Part shown: positions 26,424 through 39,887 of the stretch, in pieces
How the letters are laid out: each line of letters opens with the position of its first letter
How positions within the stretch are numbered: the stretch's first letter is position 1
Source: Callorhinchus milii
Lineage: Eukaryota
Reading direction: 5' to 3'
DNA length: 64,000 nt
Assembly: GCF_018977255.1 (NCBI RefSeq)
Contig: NW_024704742.1
Location: forward strand, 16,122,001 to 16,186,000
Notes under the pieces: generated by a model
What the model was told of the DNA's origin: nothing
Database searches by the model: none
What the model saw: only the letters and a program-made list of their open reading frames with translations
Translations under genes and position numbers: made by a program

Positions 26424-27839
26424 AAACATGACAAAATTATTTTTGAAAATAAAACCAAGTTAATCGCAAATAAATGAAATGAAAGAGATGTAAACAATGG
26501 GAGTGAAAAATGTTTGTGTGATGTGATAATTATCACCAATGATAGTTATCACTTCATGAATCAGATTTCTCAGGCCAATGTATGCGAGTATTTTTTAAAA
26601 AGCCTGTCCACAGTTAAATTCAGCAGCAAATGGTAAGTAGTAATGTTTTCAGTGAACTCAAAACATCAATCACAGTTTTAGCTGGTTAAACTTCAGCAGT
26701 AAGCCAGCACACACTTCAGGGACCCAAAGTATGCCTTTTTTCAACCTGCACTTTCTGGGATTAGATGATGAGATTGTGGTTCTCTAGAGAGAGAGTGCAC
26801 CCTCCATTCCAGCCAAGGGGTTTCAATGAGTACTGTTTGTGGCACTCTCAGTGATTTGGTTTGGATACTGTTGAGTATCCATTCTGTGTCAGACACCAGG
26901 CTAACCAAAAAATAGACTGAAATTCAAATTTTAAGATGATGGCACAAAGTTAAAATGAAGCCTTAAAATGCTTTTCTCATCTATTCCAATCTGTTCTGCC
27001 TATCTTAATCTTATTCTTGTAATAAAATAAGCGCATTCAATATACTGGATCTGATTTCTTCCAGCTCTTAAAGTCCATTTTGTTTTGTAACAGGGTTTTC
27101 ATTGACTGAAAGACAATTTCTGCCTAGCCCAGAATCTAAAAATTTACACGGAAACATCATAGATGCAAACTGTTCAAGCACTCATGTATAAAAACATGTT
27201 AAAACCATTGGTTTACTGCAGACTGGAAGTGCCTGTACATGTCAACTCATACGTAGCACTAGGTGGGTTAAACTACAATAAAAAAGGCAGTTTTAGGCTA
27301 TAAAATGAACCATTGTTTGTCTGGTTACAGAAGTGACCTCAAGTATATCATAATTTCCTCAGTGTTTGCCTTCAGGCATTATGAGGCACTGTTTGTCATT
27401 TTAGTAACTTTCAGGTCATTAACAACATAAATCTCAAGCGTTTTTAATATTTGTAGAGTAATAATACTGCACATGGAGGATTTACCAATACTTCAGCTGT
27501 TTTTTTTCGCTTTCCTGTGGTGTGTTGCTCCTCTATGCATTGGAGGTAAGAGGAAACAAATTTATTTTTAAACATATCAACCCCAATCATGTTTAGAAGA
27601 TGTTTCAATACACATCATCTCTTTTTCATTTGGACATTTACTAAAGATATTTGGAAACCAAATTCTGTTTTATAATGCAGTAAATTCACTCTATAGCAAT
27701 GAGCATTATACATGCTGCTTCCTATTTGTGCGTATGATTGCCTGATGCCCATCTGTTGTGGTACACTTGCACAAAACTGTTCAACCGGTATCTCATCTAA
27801 TTGACCTTCCTCCAGAAACAATCAAGAATTTTTAAAGAG

Positions 27840-28270
27840 GTCATTATAACTTACAAAAGGTTGCCAATATTATTTCATGTTAATTACTTCATGACATTTT
27901 AAAGAAAACTTTGAGATACTTTGTTTTCATTTTTACAAATGAATCATTTTTCTCTCTTTGATTGAAGTGTGTCCATTTATTAATATGTATAAATATTGAA
28001 AGGATATGTCATCACGTTAACATTATTTCATAAGCCCATTAAAAGCCTACACTTTCCTCAAATTACAGATGAATGAATAGACGCTTCTAACATGCTCATT
28101 TGTAGACAATGACCTCTGCCAGACAATTTATCAAAGGCTAAAGGTCAATGCTGTGGGAGGTACCAGTGTTGCGTTGACTTATAATAACAGGCTGTTCATG
28201 CAGAAATAGCATTCAAGACTTGATCTTATAGTTCATGAAATGCATGCTTTGTGACCCTGAACAAAGCATT
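27840..28270. promoter_or_regulatory. Candidate conserved non-coding element
   Basis: Repeat-free; TAATTA, ATCAAAG (TCF/LEF), AAGGTCA/TGACCT and ACAAT (Sox) motifs clustered. Confidence 0.35.
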
Positions 28271-29129
28271 TGAAGCTCATCCAGTGTTAGACAGGTTCAT
28301 AAGTTCTACTAAACACCTTTTGGGGTGTAAAAATATGGGCAGTATTAAGTATTGAACAGCCTATATGATGAGGGATAGGGCACCTGATTATTTTGAAATT
28401 AAGTAACAGAGGCGGTTAAAGTGCATTTCTATTGTACCATAATAATCAAAATGATTATTTTGTTGTTTAAAGTCCATCCTGAAACAACCAGGACAGAGAA
28501 CAGTTAAAGAAAATCAGATCCTTGAAGGAAAAGGTGAACAATCTCAATAATTTGCCAAGCTTTGAATGTATGCATGGGTTAAAATCACCTGATTCAAATG
28601 TGGGTTTAATTCTAAAATGTTATGCAAAGTCCAACCAAATTATACTTGCCATGTAACTACAGTATTTAATTTTAAAACTTGGCATGGTGTCTTGCAGACG
28701 ATGCCACCATTTTAGATGAGTAATTAAGAGCAAAGTCCTGTCTGTTTATGCAACAGACATAATGTCTGTTAATGTTTATGAAACAGATATAGAGGGAAAA
28801 ATCTGTGTAAATGTATTGATTTAGTATTGAAGGATTCAGAAAAGTTTCAAATGTTTTTGCTAATTTTTGAAAAGAGTAATTTATCATTTAAATATTCAAT
28901 GTAAAATCTCATGATTTATTAATTCATTTATTTTACAATATATAAATAAATGTACACTTTTTCACATATTTGAACCAATGTCACTCATAAAGCAACCCAC
29001 GTAGTTGCACATGTGCATTACTTTCATGTTTGATGATTCTGTATTACTCTCCAAAACAATCGTAAAGAGAAGCTTTTGTACACATGGAGACTTTTTAATA
29101 TACATTTTCCTGTTTCGAACAGTATTCAG

Positions 29130-29335
29130 AGAATAGGTAATGCAATACGTGTGTCCACTGTTATTCCATCTCTAGCAGTTAGTGATTTGGGTTCAGCTAA
29201 AATCAACAGGATGAACATCTATTTTCTCTGACAGCTGCTGGGATCCTGAGTGAAATGAGTCTGGGCAGTCCTGGCCCAGTTCATCATGGACAACCAACCT
29301 ACAGAACAAAGCTACTCAGAACTTAGCATGAGTTA
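29130..29335 (+). mobile_element. Ancient LF-SINE-like fragment
   Basis: ctgacagctgctgggatcctgagtgaaatgagtctgggcagtcctggcccagttcatcatggaca resembles the LF-SINE body as I recall it; unverified. Confidence 0.45.
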
Positions 29336-29399
29336 AATTGTCAGCCTCAAACATAAAACTAGAAGAACAATTGAACTGGGTAATGAAACAAAATCTTGA

Positions 29400-29905
29400 T
29401 GCAGTAGGATGAGAAGTAGACCATTCATCCTAACAAGGCTGTTCATCATTTTTTAGATAATGACAGATCTTTTAATCCCACGTTCCTGCTTTTTCTCCAT
29501 AAACCCATAAACCATCATTTACTCCTCAAGTATCTATAAGTCCATTGATCCATCAATACATCCACCCATCTTTTAAAACATCACAATTCATCCTGTATTT
29601 ATATCTCAAAGAAATGTTTCCTTATCTTGGGAGACTCCCTACTCCATGAGCCTAATACTCCCATCTTTGCTTGGCTCCACTGACTTCCCCAACAAATCGA
29701 GTTAAGATCCTGTATCTCACATTTAAATCTCTCCATGGTTTTGCCCCATCCTACCTCTGCAACCTCCTTCCCCCCATATTAACCCAGCCAAACCCTTCAC
29801 TTGGTTAACACTGGCTTACTCCACATCCCCGACTTTATCTGCCCCACCATTGGCTTTCACTTGGCACCCGCTGTCTGGAACTCCATTCCCAGTTCCTTGC
29901 TCTCT
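29400..29905. mobile_element. Degraded CR1 3' end (minus, ~29400-29630) abutting a degraded L2 fragment (plus, ~29640-29905)
   Basis: L2 part reads LHLLPQQIELRSCI / TFKSLHGFAPSYLCNLL / PAVWNSIP across frames. Confidence 0.6.
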
Positions 29906-30387
29906 TCCTCCCCTCTTTCAGTTAGCTTTCTCCTCCTCACCCACCAGTCACTCCAGCTCTTCAGAGTTTTGCAATGGAAGCACACATCTCCCATCCAGAG
30001 AACAGTCAAAGAGAATATGAAAAAGAAAGAGAATATTACAGACAACAGGAGGTCATCATGGTAAAGTGCAAGCAGCATACATTCCAGATGGAAAGCAGGG
30101 GCAAGTCTTCTTTTTATTTATTTTTCTTTCTCATGACATGCCAGATCCGATGTCGTCACCTCCATTACACATCATTTTAGCAGATAACCAATAAGAAGCA
30201 TCCAAGGAAGGAAAGCACACAAAACAATCAAAAACCACTCGAACATGCTACTTTTCGTCTTACCATGTTACAAACAAAGGCACAAAAACGTCAAAGTGCC
30301 TATATCTATGCCATGTGAATATGAATATTATCACATGCCCATCGGTGGTGTCTATTACTCATTTTTTATTCACTAAATAAAAATGCA

Positions 30388-30453
30388 AATTAGCCACACC
30401 TGGATTCCCAATTCACCACGTGTGGCTAGTGGCTAAGAAATTGGATAACCCTG
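30388..30453. mobile_element. One end of a hAT-Charlie-like (MER3/MER33-type) DNA element
   Basis: cacgtgtggctagtggcta...ttggataaccctg terminal motif; partner end not found. Confidence 0.4.
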
Positions 30454-31378
30454 CATTGGAGATGCATTCTTATATTAGGAAATCCCATTTTTAAGCACAC
30501 TCCAGCAAAGGCCAGTAAATTTACTAAACGCGACAACACAGTAAGTATTTTATTAAGTGAGCTTTCGTCACAATAAACAATAATAAACAATATCCACAAT
30601 TTAAACTATCTGTATTGGAAATCAAAACAATAATCTATGTGGCATATACCGTTTTGATGCCAGTGCAGTCTTCATGTAAGAATCAACAATTTAAAAAGGA
30701 GCTGCTGTCAATCCAGTGAAAAATATGGATATATTGTTACCTATTGTGAAAAAAAATGAAATAATTGGCTTGTTGGGGAAAATATAAATTAAGGTAGTTG
30801 TCAAGTGTTTAGATACTTACCAAGTTACTTAACCTGAGGCAATACATTTAAATTCCACCCATTGATGCCACAAACTTAATTACACAATTTAATTATGACT
30901 ACTGAAAAAACAACTGTTCAGCTGTTGAGTGAAGGATTTTAAACCCTAAGTTAAGTGAGGCACTTAGCCTATGCAAATGGCCCTGACTTTATCTGTTGCT
31001 GTTTTTAGACGTTGGACATTCTCTATGGTTTTACTATTGCTGAACTATTTAGCATAATGAAATACTGTAACTCATCAAATATAAAATTCCTTTGTTTTGG
31101 CAATAAATCTATTACCAGTTGATAATTTGTATGCATTAAATCTGTTCCAGTTGATAATTTATTGACTGTTGATAATTTAAGCCTTCAAGACCCTGCCCTG
31201 AGTGAAGGCCGCAATATAAATGCAAGTTGTTGTTGTTGTTGACTGGTTTAACCGTGATTATGTGATACAGAATAAAAGGCCTTCCACAGTAAGGGTAAAA
31301 AAAAGTTTCAAAAAGTTCACACTTATGTGCAATAAATGCATTGTAACATTATGATGTAACATGAAGACATAATATTAG

Positions 31379-32272
31379 GTGTCAGCCTAGATTAGTTGGT
31401 AGCACTCTCACCTCTGAGTCAAGGTTGTGGATTCAAGCTCAACATCAGGACTTTGAACTCACACAGTACAGGCTGAGATTGTTGTGCTGGGGATGGGTGG
31501 GGTTGAATTGTTAGATCTGGCATCCTTTGATTAAAATCACAGTTAAGCCTATCAACAAGAGGGATTTCTGTAGCAGCCTTCGCTCAGCGCAGCATCTTGA
31601 AGCGCTTAAATTATCAACAATCAATTAATTATCAACTGCCCATAAGGGTGAAACAATTAATCAAAGGGCTTCACAGGATAAACAATGCAATACAAAAGTA
31701 CCTTTGTATAGCTCCTTTCACTTCGGGAAGGACATCCCAAGACGCTGGACAGTCAGGGATATACTGCAAAGTAATGTAATTGTGTATATTATGGGTAAAT
31801 GCAGAAGCCAGTTTGGCACAGCAATGTTCCACAAACAGCCATGGAGTGAGTGACCAATTTTATTTGGGGAATTGTTGGCCAGGACACTGGGAGAAACATC
31901 CTTCCCTTTTCAGGTAGTGCCATGGCAGCTTTAATGTCCACTTGGACAGGTAAGAAAGGACTTTGGTTTAACATCTCATCTGAAGGATGGCATGCCCTAC
32001 CAGTGGTGACCTTTTTGACAGGTGAGGCAACCTGAGTTTGCGCACCAAGCTATATTGTTACTATTGCAATGGATTCTTTGGGTTTGCGCAATATCTTGGC
32101 CTCTCACCCGCTGGCCTTGCTTCTCTGTCGATCTCACAATGCTCACTGCGAGACATGGAAATTCTAGGTGAGGCAGTGCCCCCAGTGCACCCAGCAATGC
32201 GTTGAAGAGTCAGCATAGAATGTATGAGTTCCACAACCTTCTGATTCAGAGTGCTATCACTAAGACGGACTA
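31379..32272. mobile_element. Family B SINE head (plus, 31379-31530) and family B SINE (minus, 31690-32272) carrying a ~170-nt foreign insert
   Basis: tgtcagcctagattagttggtagcactctcacctctgagtc head; the minus copy is interrupted at ~31997-32170. Confidence 0.7.
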
Positions 32273-33229
32273 ACAATTCTTCTGCAAGTTCAACTCAATG
32301 CCCCCTATTTTTCTATTGTATCTAAGGCAGAAGTGTGTTATCCTAACTTCTGTCATCTGGTGATCCTCCAATCTGGTTTACTGAGATGGAGCCTCTCATA
32401 TTCATTTTAATGACAATTGCAGAAACATGTTTTCCCCCCAGGTAACCTTATAAATTGCTAATGCATGAAATATATTTAATATCTAAGAGATGATCTGTTA
32501 TTAAAAGCTTTGGATATTCCATACAGTTTTTGGTTCAGGATTAATCCACTGGCTAATGTATTTTTGGGGTAGTGTGATTAGGAAATATGAGTTACATGAG
32601 CACTATCAGGAAATAACTTGGTGTGATACATAACAGCAAATGCATTCATAAACTGCCGGATTCAATTTCGCCATGTCAATTGTCCTATAAAATTATGGAT
32701 TTGTAAAGTGGAACAAGAAATAATTAGCATGCAATGAAAGCAGGCTTACTATGCCTCAGGAGACCCTAGGCATTGCTTACCACTAATGCACTTGTTAATG
32801 ACTTCAAACCCACTAATGCAATTGTTACAGGTCAACTGATTTCACGCATTTTAAACTGCACAAATTAATTCCACACAAGAATCAAACTTGCAGATCTTCA
32901 TCTTGACTCTTAACACCATTGCACCTGCTATCAGTTACACATCTATTAAAACTGTTTTACGAAGGTAGTAGGTCTGTAATTTTACTCCAGATTCCAGTGT
33001 GTTATTATTATAATAGATAAGAACCCTTGCACAGGAGATTGATCAGTGTACGGTTATACTCTTCTACATTACTAAAGTAATGTACTAAAGTAATGTAGTA
33101 ATGTTCAATGATTTTAGTCTTAAATGAATGTCAGTTTGACATTTTTTAACATTCTATTACCATAAAAAAAAGCTGTGATAGGAAGATGAGGTGGACGGTA
33201 TTCTGGGAAGATGAAATCACAAGATCAAA

Positions 33230-33430
33230 AATCAGTTTGAATAAAGAAGGTTCTTTGGCTCATCTGATCTTATCCTTGCAGAATATCTACCATCCTGTCT
33301 CCCCATCACAGCAGCAAAGCATATTTTTTTGAATGAGTCCAGTGTCCTGGCCTCAACCACCATACCTGGCAACCTGTTGTACTTGTTATTTACCCTCTGG
33401 GTAAAGAAAACCGTTTTGGTATCTGACCTG
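33230..33430 (-). mobile_element. CR1 3' fragment
   Basis: KGHFRSDTKTVFFTQRVNNKYNRLPGMVVEARTLDSFKK. Confidence 0.75.
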
Positions 33431-33436
33431 AAATGT

Positions 33437-33707
33437 CCCTTCCGCCACTCTGCACCCACCTTCTGGAACTTTATCCCACAGTCCCTCCATCTCGCCTCCT
33501 CTCTCACCACCTTCAAAAGCCACCTCAAGTCCCTCCTCTTTGACTGTGCTTTCGATCTCCCTGCTTCCCCCCCCTACCCTCCATCCTCTCCCACCCTGAC
33601 CCTCAGCTCAGGTCCGTAACTCTGTATGTCCAGCACCTTGGGACGGCCTCCCAATGTGAAAGGCGCTATACAAATGTAATTTTGTTGCTGCTGCTGCTGC
33701 TGTTGTT
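33437..33707 (+). mobile_element. L2 3'-terminal fragment
   Basis: FRHSAPTFWNFIPQSLHLASSLTTFKSHLKSLLFD; gtgaaaggcgctatacaaatgtaat tail with (TTG/CTG)n. Confidence 0.85.
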
Positions 33708-36700
33708 GAAGGAGGCAAGGAAGGGGGCAAGGTAGAGGGACCATGGGATGGATTACTTGGTTCCTCTGGAGAGTGGGTTGACCATGTAACTTGGATGACT
33801 CTTACCTTCTGCTTCCTCTGTTCTCCGCTTTTTCCCCCACTCTGTCCAATCTGACTTTTGCCTTTCTTTATATCCCTGTTTCTGTCACCCACACAACCTT
33901 TTCTTAAAATTCCCTAATTTATAAATTAGCCCATTGAATCTCACTAAACATAGGAACAAGTGAATGTTATTTGAAGTAATTTGCACATTTTTATCACTGC
34001 AAAATATATTTAACAATTAGAAAACATACCATACTCAATTCATCAGGTTTTCCTCTGACATTTTTTAGTTAATTTTTTTAGCCCACTAACTCGCAGTTTA
34101 ATACAACAATCTGCAAAAGCCTATTTTTATCCTAACACATGCAGCAGTCAGCATCATTACTTATATGGGGATAAATTTCGATCACTGTATGTGTTAATCA
34201 ACACATCAACTAAATTTCAAATTCTCACCCCATTCAACAAGCAACAAGCACCCTTCACTAACACCTCAATACTCAAGTTATTCTATATATTTACTTTATA
34301 TTATTTGAATGGATAATTTTTCAAAGGAAGATGAAGTTATAGAACTTCACAGACAAGATTTTATTATTTTCTAGTGCTCTGTTATCTTACATAACTTGGC
34401 ACAATAAGCTTCAATGGGATTTGTTCATTCTTTGCTGAATCACCCTGCAGCCTCTCAGTGGATGACACATCATTCTTTAAATCAAAATGATATGTAATAT
34501 ATAGCATTCTTTGCACACCAAGGATTATCCATGATTTCAACATGTTTTCTGCATTCAGTACTGTTGGATCCTGATCACTTTGGGATCTTTCAGTCCACTC
34601 TCAGGATCCTCACCAGCTGCAGTAGCTTTCCGAATGGCAGGTTGGATAAACCCTCCTCTCTTTCCCATGGCACAAATGCATTCCTGAGAGAAGTGAGTTA
34701 ATCTCTTGATTGACAAGCGGAGTTCCTAATCTGTTTGTTTCTGGTTTGCCTTTGCTATGGGACACATGATTCATCTCCACAGTTCCCATTGTAATCTTGG
34801 ATGGAATTTCCCCTTATCATAATTTATAGGGAAATTTCTGCTTTCAGTATCAGATTCTGTTTTTGTAAATTCTTCTTTTATTGTGGTATTAGTCTCTGCC
34901 TCTTAACTCTTTCTGTCATAATTCCTCAGTGTTTGTATTTTTTTCCTTTGCATAACCTGGAGTTGTATGAAAAATGAACTTTGTTTCAGAGCAGCTGTTA
35001 CCTCGCCTGCAGCCTGCTGCAGATTCATTGTTGTATTGGACGAGGGCCATTCATAACACCTATGGTTAAGTATGAATGTAGCCTTTGAAGAAAGTGTTTG
35101 CAGTATGAGATCTAGATTTAAGCATGAATGTTTGCTGCTTGGAGGAAGGGCACAGAGAGGAAGGAATCCATAATTCCATCACAAAGTTAGCGATTCTGCG
35201 TTGAAATCACTATTTTCTTTTCATAAAGAACAATTATCATTTAAATTAGCCTTGTAGATTCATACCCATGAATGGAACTAAATGACAACTAAATGGAACC
35301 GTGACAAGCAATGAAGCAATGAGTGCTCTTCAACAGGTCTACAAACTGAAACATAGTGCAAAATTACTAAATTATTTGGTTCTATCATTTGTTTATGGAT
35401 AAATGTCACCTACACCCTGCAAAGAAGGAGGGTTGTCATGTGGGACCCAGATTTTAGGAATGGTTGCTCCATAGTACAATGGAGAATGAATGATTGGATC
35501 TGACATTTGTTATGATCATTTTGGAAACAGGATTTCCTATTATAAACATGTAATGAAAAGATTGCCAGTGTGATCAGCATTTGATAGACACACATTAAGT
35601 GATATAAAAATTATAATCTGAAGAATTCATTTAGAATCATAGAAATTCAGCGCAGAAGGAGACCATTTGATCCATGAAATTTGGGCTGGTCCCGGCACAT
35701 CTACAGATCGAACTAACTCAAGGTTCAAAGTTGATTTCGCTCATTTATTGAAAATCTACCTTTTAAGACGTACCTTTAAACTTGATCCTTTGCTCCTCCA
35801 CAATTAATTGAAACATAACATTAATCATTAGTTCAAAATTAACATGAGAGTCATGGGGTGTTTAGACTTGTGGCATAGATTTTGATAGAACATTTAATGC
35901 TATGGACACAAGTCCACCGAGCCAAATATCTAATTTGATCACGATTTCCATTACCTGTGTCAATATCCCAATCAACTACACTTCTTCCTACAATTTGCTT
36001 AAATGTAACCATTTATAATTTACCCATTTTTTGTGTAAAAACACCGAACAAAAAAAATTGCATGTACCTAATGAAGGTAAAAACTAGCTTATATATTGTA
36101 AAATGGGGAGAGGAGAAGGAAGAATTATAATCCCTGGGTAGATATCATTAACTCACATTAACAGCATGATGTAATATTAGCAGCTACTTAATTATTCTTG
36201 TAAAATGCACTTTAAACTTTAAATGATGCACTCACTTGAATTTGCTAAATAGGGATATGAAGAGAAAATATCTAATCATTTTGACGTTGCAGCCAGAATC
36301 CCCCTAACCCTGCAATGTAGTCCTTAATTTATTTTTAAAACCTTGTTTGTAAAGTGTTGGCTTGGGGCCTCTAGGCTACACCTGCAGCTTATGTGAAGAT
36401 CCACTGATGAACAACTAATTAAGAGATGCTTTGCATGTCTCTTTCAACTGTGTTTAGGCACTTCTTCAGTTACAGTGCTTGACAGGATGCATGGCCATTG
36501 GCCTCTGTTGAGCAGAATGAAGTCTGCAGATGCTGGAACAGCCACAGGCCATTTGCTTTCGACATTAGTGGACAACTGCATGACAGAATGTACAGAAACC
36601 CGAGACATCTCTGATGGCTATTAAGGGTGCTTGAGAACATGTTGTTCCTAGCACCCAAACAGGCTTTTAGCATTTGATCCCAGTAATTTTTTAGACAAGT

Positions 36701-37974
36701 GCTATGTGTGATCTAAAGATCTTTTTCATAAATGTTCCTGTACATTTCCTATGCAATTTTAAATGTGAAAGCACTGGAGATCAAATATCCAAAAATAGGT
36801 CCAGGTATTTTAATCTGTGGGCTCACTGCAGATTCAGACTTGTAAAACACACCAATATTTTTTGAACCATCCCAACAAATCCCTATAATTACATGAGCTG
36901 ATACAGACAACATTGTTAAATTATAGTTGCTGTTAAACCTCCCATGACTATGATAGCTTTCCACCAACATATACATCATCATGAAAGCTCAATTCATTGG
37001 CTCCAGCTATTGTAGGCATTATCCTTTTTAAATTACTTTGCAAAAGTTATTTATTGTGTAAGTTTTTACATTGGGAAATTTGGTTTATTTAGACACTGCG
37101 AGACATGATATCACAGCACTTTTATTAGTATTAACTTATAGAAAAGTGAAATGAAAACAAAAGGAAATGACAGTAATTGACCTTTGATCTGTTTGCTAAG
37201 TGATGAATTTAACACTGGTCTATATTCTCCCCTCCTGTTAACTCTCTGCTCATTTAGACAGCTTCCAGTCGCACCCCTCCCCCCATTCCTTCACACAAAA
37301 AATCTGTGCTATTTAATACAACAAATCCAATTACATGTGTTCATCTCTTACTGAAGAATAAGAGAATAATGCTATTGGGCCTTGTGAAGTGTTCCTGTGA
37401 GGGCAGCTGTAGCCAGGTGCATCCTAAAGGGCAATGCAGTGGCATTACATTGTGTTGTGTAACACCAATGTTCTCAACTGAGCACTTTCATTTTGTTGTT
37501 TGTGCTGGTGAAAAGGAGTAGGTTTTATTCATAAGATTAGCTAAACGTGTGAGTGTAAATTGGTTCTTTTTCTTATGTCCAGCATCTTTTATATACATAT
37601 ATATATATCTTCCCATATATCTCTTATTCTGAAGCTTACACAAGGAATGAAGCATGAACTAACCAGAACAAAATTAAGGATTAAGTTGCTCCTTAAATTT
37701 CAAAATGTTTCGGATCCTGTGTGTCTATGTCTCAAATATGAATTATCTGGATGTGCTTGTGGAGCACAGCCACTCTCGACAACCCCCTCCCACCGTCCCT
37801 TCCTTTGACAACAATGTTAAAATTACTCAAAAGTCTTCACTCAAGTTCCAGCTAATCAACAGTCAAATACTTTGATCCACAAGCAGGAAGTTGAATGAGT
37901 AATGTGATATTGCAGATGTTGGTATTGAGAATGGTGTCAGTGTTGGGTGGAAGGTAGAAATCTACCTTCAGGGC

Positions 37975-38386
37975 ATAACTCAGTCATAGCACTCTCACTT
38001 CTGAGCCAGAAGGTTGTCAGTCCAAGCCCCATCTTCGGGTTTAGGGCTCATACTAATGCTGACATGCAGTGCAGCAATGGAGACCGATTCAGGTATCTTT
38101 CAGATGAGACATCAAACTGAGTTCACATCTGCCCATTCAGGTAGACATAAAAAGTCCTGTGGCAATATTCAAAAAGAGAAGGGAATTTCTCCCTGTGTCC
38201 TCCAGAATAATCCTCCAGATAAAATTGGTCTTTTACTTCATGACCTGTTGTGGGACATCTTGGTGCACAAACTGGCTGCCATATTTACCTACAAGTATAG
38301 TTGGTATTCTTTACAGCAAACATTTATGATGTGCTTTGAAATATATATATATATTGCCATTATACCAAATTCAAGGATTATTATTA
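37975..38386 (+). mobile_element. Older SINE family B, degraded
   Basis: gcactctcacttctgagccagaaggttg head, ctgttgtgggacatcttggtgcacaaactggctgcc core, aaggattattatt tail. Confidence 0.75.
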
Positions 38387-39887
38387 CTCTGAATTTCTAA
38401 ATTGAAACTGCATGTTAGACATCCAATAATAAACTGTGAAGTGATTTTGGAAATAAATCAATTGAGGAATGAGAAAGATGAGCAGAGTTTGACNTTTTTT
38501 TAGTGTTACTTTTTATCATCTTATTCTGAGGCTAAATTTAATGCTCCTTTACTAATTAACCTATTGGGAGATCTCCCAAAATAATTTTATATTAATATAC
38601 TGTATTTAAAATTCAGATCAATTCTCAGTTCATTACATTGTGGTTATTTTATACAGGAATCTAACCTCTGTACCTATCCTTCCCAAGAATACTACCATGG
38701 AATGTTGCGACTGTTTTAACAGCTGGGTAATTGAATTACCAAGAAAACTTGCTAAAAGCAGATTTTGCAACTTAGCATTAATGAAGTGGAAAGTATGCAT
38801 TATTTAAGAGTTTAAGTCATATTCTCGCATTGAATAGAACAAAAATGCCAGAGGTCTGCATAATTGATGAAGTGGGGTTGGAAAATTATTAGATGCTTCA
38901 ATGGACAAATGCTTTATTTGTTACTTTAGAGATGAAACAAAACAAGTGAAAACCATCAGATGTTATTCATACTTTAACTAACAGCACATTATCATTTGTA
39001 TAATAATATAACAGAAACCAAAAACAGAGAGAGGGAATACAGGTAAGATTACGTTTCTTCTACCCTCACAAACAATGCTGCTATAAGACATGTAATGGCT
39101 ACTTGGAGAAGAAGATGGGAAGATATAAAATTCTTCCCATTATTCAGTCTGCTGGTTAGAAGTTAAACAGTTCAGTGTTAATTGTACATTTTAATAATTA
39201 TTCTTACGTTTGATATAGCACCTTTCATGACAGGAGGACGACTCAAAGCTCTTCAACTGAGCCAAGCTGACACACTTCTGATTAAAGTGTTTCACTGTTC
39301 AATCATCTCAGCAGATATTGTATATTTGTTTGTGGAAACTACTGTGTGACATTGGCTGCCATATTTACCTCCAAATACAATCAGTGAGCAATTTCCGGCT
39401 TTGAGATATTTTGCTGACAATTTGACGTCAATTTATATTACAATTTTGGCATCAATGTCTTTTAGGTACAGGACCACACACTTATGTACATCTTTATATC
39501 AGTGGGAAGTAGGTGATGATCTATATTAGCTCCAGAGAGCATTGAGTGAGGACGTGAGTCCCATACTGTACAGTGACAATAAACAGAACAACTGTTAAAT
39601 TGTTAAGTAAACTTTAAAATATTCAAAGACACTCAAAGATTTAATTATTCAACCTATTCGTCACAAGTGCCAGTCACATTATGCAAGACATGAGTGCAAG
39701 TCAACAGTATTTGAATTTGTACAAGTCATTCCAGAACAATGGAAAAGAACAATGTCTGGTTATATTACAAACTACATTGAAATCAGTACCAGCTTCACAT
39801 TAATACTGAATATCCCTCTGACCATGCTTGCAATCAGCTCCCTCTTTTCCCCTTTCTTTCTCCCTCACTCTGCAAGGTAACAGGTAT

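Noticed and set aside
31118..31180. Short regularly spaced repeats as a possible CRISPR-like array (also 39888-39978)
   Set aside because: Only 2-3 units, irregular short spacers, retro-element tail context, vertebrate DNA, no cas genes.
36470..36680. Possible isolated coding exon (also 18750-18938 and 6386-6799)
   Set aside because: No recognisable domain and no convincing splice-site pair with an open frame.
38494..38494. Single N base
   Set aside because: Assembly ambiguity next to a T-run; not biological.
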